DNA of 64,000 bases from Paraspadella gotoi. Its lineage: Eukaryota; Animalia; Chaetognatha. Positions within the stretch are counted from its first letter, which is position 1; each line of letters begins with the position of its first letter. Shown here one piece after another: positions 52,653 through 64,000 of the stretch. Location of the stretch: assembly GCA_051294375.1 (NCBI GenBank), contig CM119268.1, forward strand, positions 14,997,897 through 15,061,896, read 5' to 3'. The notes under the pieces are model-generated. The model made no database searches, was not told the origin of the DNA, and worked only from the letters and a program-made list of their open reading frames with translations. The translations under genes and the position numbers were made by a program.

Positions 52653-55600
52653 TTCAATTCTTTCATTCGTTCTCTCTTTTCCTCCATCCTACCCGCTAGT
52701 TCCTTAACTCTTTTCCACTTTTCTTCTCATTCTCTCGTTTTCAGTTTCTCTCATACATTTCACTATTAAAATTTAAGAGTGAAAGATAATGATGGTTACT
52801 CGATTTTTGGTTGTGCCGCGAGTACTCGCGGAGCAACTCTTTAAGTCACTTTTCGGTCGGTCGGTCCGTCGGTCGGTGCGTCGGTATGTCTGTCCGTCGG
52901 TCTGTCCCACTTACGTTAAAAACGCTTATAACTTGCTTATAGTTTGTTGCTCATTTGTTAAAAATTAAATCTAAGCGACTACTGGCACCGCCTTTTGTTT
53001 TTAAAGAAATATTATAAACTATAAGGAATAAATGATAAATAAAAAGAAAAGTAATGCGGCATAACACCTTGGAATAACCGTTCCTTGTTTAATATATTTT
53101 TTGTTGTAAAGATAACTTAATTTCGAGATATTCGGTTTGTTGCATCCAAATGTTATTTTAGCCTGTTGGGAGTGAGATCCTTCTCTGATGTGTATTATAA
53201 AATCTAATGCTATAATTTCAGCCGATATTCTCCCAAACGTGACAGGTGAAAGCTAAACCACGGGACACTAACAAATTCACCATCTCCATCAATTTGAAGC
53301 CGACTGCTAAAGTGAATTTTTATCTCACTTATGAAGAGTTGTTGACGCGCACCTCGGGCTTTTATCGACACGCTGTCATCCTCAATCTGGGACAAGTTAG
53401 ATGGGGTGAAGGGGAAGAGCGAAGGGTTTGTTTCCTTTTTTTCTTTGTTTTGTTTTTACGAATGTCTGTCAAGTAGATAAAACGGTATTTATACGGACAA
53501 CTCTATAAACGACAACTGCAACAACTGTGGACCGACAAATCACCCAAATCAAAAAAACGGCCAACGATCCATCAGGTGGTTCCCGATCTGTCCGTCGACG
53601 TCCGCATCGTGGAATCGCGCAGGATCTCCTCGTTGAAGGCGCCGCCGTTGAAAGTGTCCGATGACCTCTCCAAGTTTCGCGAAGATTCTAGAAATCCCGA
53701 CGCGAAGGTCGACCTCGTCTCCGCGACGGAGGCGCTCATTAACTACGCCCCTGGGGAGGTTAGGGAGAAGAAATGGAAGAAGGGGAGATGCGGGGTTTCA
53801 TCGACGATGTCATCGATCTATTGCAGGAGGTTCAGCGTCAAGTGAGCGACACCGGCATTTCCGGACAGCTGCTCGTTCTCTACGATGTCGACCGAGCCGA
53901 TAACAAGGGAGAAATTCAGGTCGATTCTCTGAAAAGCTATACAATTTTTAATATTTTTTTTTTTCGCAATTGCATGTTGCGTTAATACAAATAAAACAAT
54001 TCTCGGAACTTTTTCCTCTTCCCTTTTTATCGTATTTATTCCAAAGCTAGTGGACGGATACTTCGTTCACTATTTCGCGCCTGAAGAATTAGAGCCTCTG
54101 AGGAAACACGTCGTCTTCGTTCTCGACAGGTTTTTATTTTTGTTGTTGTTGTTATTTTGCTGGATAGCAAACGAAGATTTTGTTCTTTGATGATTTTATA
54201 TTGTATTTTATACTATATTTGACGCTATACCTCAGTCCTAAAAACTTGGTATTGATGATAGAAACTATAATTGAAGGTCAGGCTCAATGTCCGGGACGAA
54301 GATGCGACAGATGAAAGAAGCGATGAGGACGATTTTAAACGATTTGGCGGACGGCGATTACGTCAGGTGACTTGAGTCAAAGCCCAATTTCAATAGACTG
54401 TGACCAATGCCCAATGCCTTCCATACATGCTATGCATGCAGGTTAATTTCGGTTTTACTCTGAAGAAAATTTCCCCCCGACAGCATCGTTCATTTTTCTG
54501 ACAACGTCCGCGTCTATAAACATGATGCCGTAAAGTTAACCCCCGCGGTTCGCATGGTTCTCCTGGGCTACATAAAAGCCGAAAGACCGATCAGAGCCAG
54601 CGGCGGCACGAACATCATGGACTCTCTCATCGCGGCGTTGCGCGACGTCAAGAAATTCGCGGCCGCCGAACACGAAAACGTCGCCTCGATAGTTGTTTTT
54701 TTGACGGACGGTCAACCCACAGCCGGGGAGGTAAGATTTGGGATTGTGCTTCCCTGGAACGATAACTCTAGAATCCATAAATAAAGAATTTGAAGGATTG
54801 TCTATTTTGGGGGACAAATTGTTGACTTTATTGTTCTTTGATGGCTCAGTGTTTTCTTGATTTTATTTCGGTCACTGACACTTTGGCTTCGGGGATATCG
54901 ATACTGTTGTCAACATAGATACTTCTGTTACAATGATATACAATAATATCTTCCTGCTTTAGTAGAATAAAATTTTAACCGTATTCGTCGTTATATTAGG
55001 TCAACCTAAACAAAATCGTGACTCATATTAAGAGGAAAAACGACCATATTGGTGCTCCATTTTATAGCTTAGCTTTTGGTGAAGGTGCTGATTTCGACTT
55101 TTTACAGGTAATTAATACAACAAAATACTATTTAACCTTATAACGATTTTACATTTAAATTCAATCATTTGCGGTTCTCATTTTCACGACAGAAACTTTC
55201 CCTTCAAAACAACGGCTTTGCCAGAAAGATCTATGAAGCTTCCGACGCTGCCTTGCAGCTGCAGGGATTTTACAAAGAGATTTCTTCACCGCTGCTGCAA
55301 GTTTGTGACGATTGGTGGTAGCTAAGTAACTGTTCGTTTAAATATTTAAAGTGATTTTCTCCCCACTTTTTCGTTAGAACGTGAGCTTTCACTACCCGGA
55401 GTCCAGCGTGGCCAACGTGACCTCCACAGATTTCATCAACTTCTTCGACGGGACGGAGTTGGTCGTCGCTGGCCGAGTTCACGAAGGTTCCGAAGCAAAC
55501 CTTCGGGCCAGCGTTGTCGGCATGGGAGCAAAAGGGGAGGAAGGCTTCGAGGACGAGGTAGAGGCGAAGACGCTAGTCGAAGAGACCGACAGAGGACTGG

Positions 55601-55905
55601 CCGGAGCCATGGAGAGAGCCTGGGCGTTTCTCTTCATTAAACAGTTGTACAAGAAGTATCAGGTGAGATTCTTTTCGAGCCGACGATTGGCGAGAAAAGA
55701 GTTTATAACGGGCGTAACAAATCTTTCTTGCCATCCTATCCCACAGGCTCTCGACTACGTTGGCCAGGACGCGGAGAAAGAGGAGCTAAAGCAGAAGATG
55801 ACGGAGTTGGCGCTGAGGTACAGCTTCGTCACGCCCTTCACATCGTTCGTGGTGACACAGTTCAAGGAAGAGCAGTTGCTGGAGGATGATGGCAAATTGC
55901 AGGGT

Positions 55906-55949
<44 letters not shown>

Positions 55950-55966
55950 AAGAGAGAAGAGAGAGA

Positions 55967-56001
<35 letters not shown>

Positions 56002-56236
56002 AGATGTTAGGAAAGAAATAAAGTAAAAGCAAGAAAAAAAATTAAAAAAGAAAAAGAGAGAATATCATAACAGAGATAGAAAGATACTGAGAAAGAAAGT
56101 AAGATAAAGATAGTAAACATAAATTGGATAATGAGAATTCCAAGCACTTAGTCTTTAGTATCTTCCGCAGACTCCCCCGGCTCTTACGCTCCTCGTAAAG
56201 CAGCTGCACCTTCTCTGACTCGATACGGGTCCCGCA

Positions 56237-56285
<49 letters not shown>

Positions 56286-57920
56286 AGGTTCACGCGGATT
56301 TGCCGACAGCGACCCCCACTTCGTCGTCGTTGTGAATGGTCTCGACCGACCCGTTTGCTTCGACATCCAAGGTCGCGTGGACGACGTGTTTCGTATTTTG
56401 GAGGACACCGCGAGGAGAATTTACGTCAACGGAGCCGTAATTGAGTCAGGTAAATCTGACATTGACAACAAAATGTTTATGACTATCGTTAAGCTCCGCG
56501 GATAACGGGTTCATTAACTAAATCATATCGCCATCTATTTATATATTTATCTCGCTTTGTAGGCATAGTCAACGGGAACACGGGCATTCCCAACACTTAC
56601 TTCGGAAGTATGACTCTGGCTTTCGGCTCCCACAACGTTTTCGTCACCCCTCATGAAATTAACATCGGCAGGTGAATTTTCACTGTTTTTGTTGAAGAGC
56701 TACTGGGTGACGAGGTTACTGCAGATTTGCCGATAAGTTCAAAAATTAAGCGAAATGTCGAGTTCTTGTACATCCTCCTTTGCCCACAGATGGAACGTCT
56801 CGTGGCGCGAGCGAAGACCCATGCGCGTGGGAAACGTCGCCCTTAAAGTGGAGAAGAAAAAGTATCTCTACATCGGAATCGATGATTTCATAAAATTCGT
56901 CGTCGTTCGCAGCAGCGTCGCGGGAAAGGGGAGAGGTGAGTTAGCTTGGGGAGAGTGCTGCGGCGTCGCGGGAAAGGGGAGAGGTGAGTTAGCTTGGGGA
57001 GAGTGCTGTGGCGTTGCGGGAAAGGGGAGAGGTAAGTTAGCTTGGGGAGAAACCGTCGGCGTCGCGAGACAATTTTCGTGAGGCGGACCTCATAGAAAAA
57101 TATGAAAAATAGATGAAACCTGAGAAACATAGTGGAAGAGAGGAGCGCTGTTAAAAAATGATTTGATGGGAATAGTTCCGCACTGTTTTGTACATTACAT
57201 CGCAGATGGCGTCGCACCACCAGCCGCCGTTCCAGTCGACGCCGCTGCAACCCCCTCCGCCATTTCCTCCAACGCCTCCTCCACCGCCGGCCATCGCAAC
57301 CGCGTGCCCTTCCTCGGTTTTTACGTGGAGGACGCCCGCGGCCTCGATCCTCGCGTCCACGGACTCATCGGTCAACTCATGAATCGCGAAGGAAAGGTTG
57401 GACTGAAAAATATGGACAGACAGTCAGAGAGACAGACAGACAGACTGTTTAATAAATAATATATCCTTTATTTTTTCAATTAAATGAATGAAGGAAAGAT
57501 TCAATGAATAAGTAAAACAATCATTCAATCAATATTAAATTAAGAAAAATCTATCCATCATTGAAAACATAATAAATTCAATAATTCTATTGTGTATCTA
57601 TGTATCCTTTCGTCTCAGAAATATATTTAGTTCATCGTTCATTTGGTATCCCTCACGCAATGATTTCAAAGGTGCAAACAAATGGTGTCGGCAACGCTAC
57701 GGAGTACGCCCTCGTGTTCGGCGCCCGACGCGTGCCCGCCTTTGTCGGCAAGCGACGCAACGTTCTAACCGACGAGCGGATGCCCTGTTGGTTCGTCAGG
57801 GACGAGGGGCGTGGCCTGATAGATGGTCGGAAGCCGGATTACTTGGTCGACGATTTAGGGGATTTCCGTCCCGTTCGGGGCAGAATTTTGGGAAGGGTGG
57901 AATCAGAGGTTTCGGAGTGA
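51546..57920 (+). CDS. ITIH: Inter-alpha-trypsin inhibitor heavy chain-like protein (signal, VIT, VWA, C-terminal ITI domain)
   Basis: VIT (RFATTNIVSRVVNP...LPEAAFVSNFIMEIDG; YEELLTR), DGYFVHYFAP, MIDAS DRSGSM, VFLTDGQPT, ARKIYEASDAALQLQGFYKEISSPLL, MERAWA, YSFVTPFTSFVV, DSDPHFVV and FLGFYV...HGLIGQ. Confidence 0.95.
52804..53090 (+). mobile_element. HINE/DINE-like (Helentron-associated) element
   Basis: T-rich ends, subterminal inverted repeat gttgtgccgc / gcggcataac, 5' hairpin ccgcgagtactcgcgg, (GTCG/GTCY)n microsatellite, and 3' stem-loop ggaataaccgttcc followed by ttgttt. Confidence 0.72.
56915..57066 (+). repeat. Three tandem 48-bp units spanning an ITIH exon/intron junction
   Basis: Units start at 56915, 56963 and 57011. 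Each contains an AG|GTRAGT donor. Confidence 0.92.
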
Positions 57921-58551
57921 TGACCAGGAAGTTGATGACTTTTAAGCCAGCGGAGTTCATGGAAGGACCGAAAGAACAAAGAATTGATGGTGCCCAAAAG
58001 TTATTCGTTAATTATTTTTTGTTTTAACTATCTTGGTTATAGATTGGTCTAGTCTATTATCGACTAATTGATGTTTTTGCAATGCAATAGCACAAAGTTA
58101 CTTCCTTTTGTATTATTTACCGTTTAGTTTTGTTATGACATTTTGCATGGATATATTTCTAGGAAATATTTTTTGTCCTTTGTTACGCCTTACGGTTAAC
58201 CTTTGATGCCAGTGTGGCTGTACATTTCAAGATTCGTCGGAAGAAACAACTGAACAGCGAGATTTATTATGTTACTTTTTAGTCATATTTAGTGAAGTCG
58301 CTTTTTCTTCACAATTGATCCGAACTCCCGGAAATAAATTCATAATAAAAAATGTTTCAATAGAATAATTTTTGATTCCTGATCCTACATTAAGTAATTA
58401 CAGAGATTAAACCGGGAACCGAGAGCAAAGTTTCGAGGATTGAAATAAATTAAACAAGTTTAAAACCCGCGTTTTGTTTGTTTTGTTTGTTTGTTTGTTT
58501 GCCATCGGCTTTGCAAGTCTAACTTGCGTTTTAAGAACTCTTTCACTCCTT

Positions 58552-63621
<5,070 letters not shown>

Positions 63622-64000
63622 TCGTCGTCTATACGATCAGAAATATTAATTTATCATTTAAACGTAAGGAATTTAGTCTCTTAACTCGGTCGAAGAAAAG
63701 ATGTGTCTATAGTCAAAAAGAAAAAAAACATTGTGGGCGTCATTTTTTTTAAAAAAAGAAAAAAGAAAAGTCAAGTAATTAGGGAGTGGTCTTTTCATAC
63801 AATTGAAACATTCTTTGAAACATTATACCACAGTGAATAAACGAGACTGTGAGAGAGTCTTGATTGAAAGCTTGCAGGAACCCGCTATTTCATTATCTGG
63901 TAAGAATGATGGAGGCCTTAAACCACCAAAGCCGGTCCAATGTCCATTGTCCAAAGTCAGGGGCAAGATAGCTTTATGTTATTAAATGAATGGATAATTT

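Overview
AT-rich (GC-rich exons), intron-dense eukaryotic genomic DNA from an invertebrate animal with a compact genome; it is not prokaryotic and has no CRISPR, rRNA or tRNA genes. Spliced genes reconstructed by hand: FBXO22-like (-), POM121-like transmembrane FG-nucleoporin (-), a secreted protein with four chitin-binding (CBM14) domains (+), an uncharacterised multi-exon protein (+), fukutin/LicD-like (-), ARAP-type ArfGAP/RhoGAP/PH protein (-), an internally deleted hsp70 pseudogene (+), a single-pass LRR protein (+), a probable decayed gene (-), CLK/Doa LAMMER kinase (-) and an ITIH-like protein (+). Introns and spacers hold many non-autonomous elements. The main find is a complete 737-bp TRIM-type LTR retroelement (35804-36540) plus two solo LTRs. 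It has 4-bp TSDs, a PBS, a PPT and TG...TA termini. Its LTRs carry a tRNA-like Pol III promoter and a covarying structured RNA core, and both solo LTRs sit on 5' splice donors. Also present: a Penelope-like remnant with a minimal hammerhead core, Tc1/mariner-like, Merlin-like, foldback and HINE/DINE-like elements, and a 48-bp tandem repeat that triplicates a splice donor in ITIH. The last ~6 kb is low-complexity with no supportable gene. All exon models come from reading the sequence, without RNA evidence.
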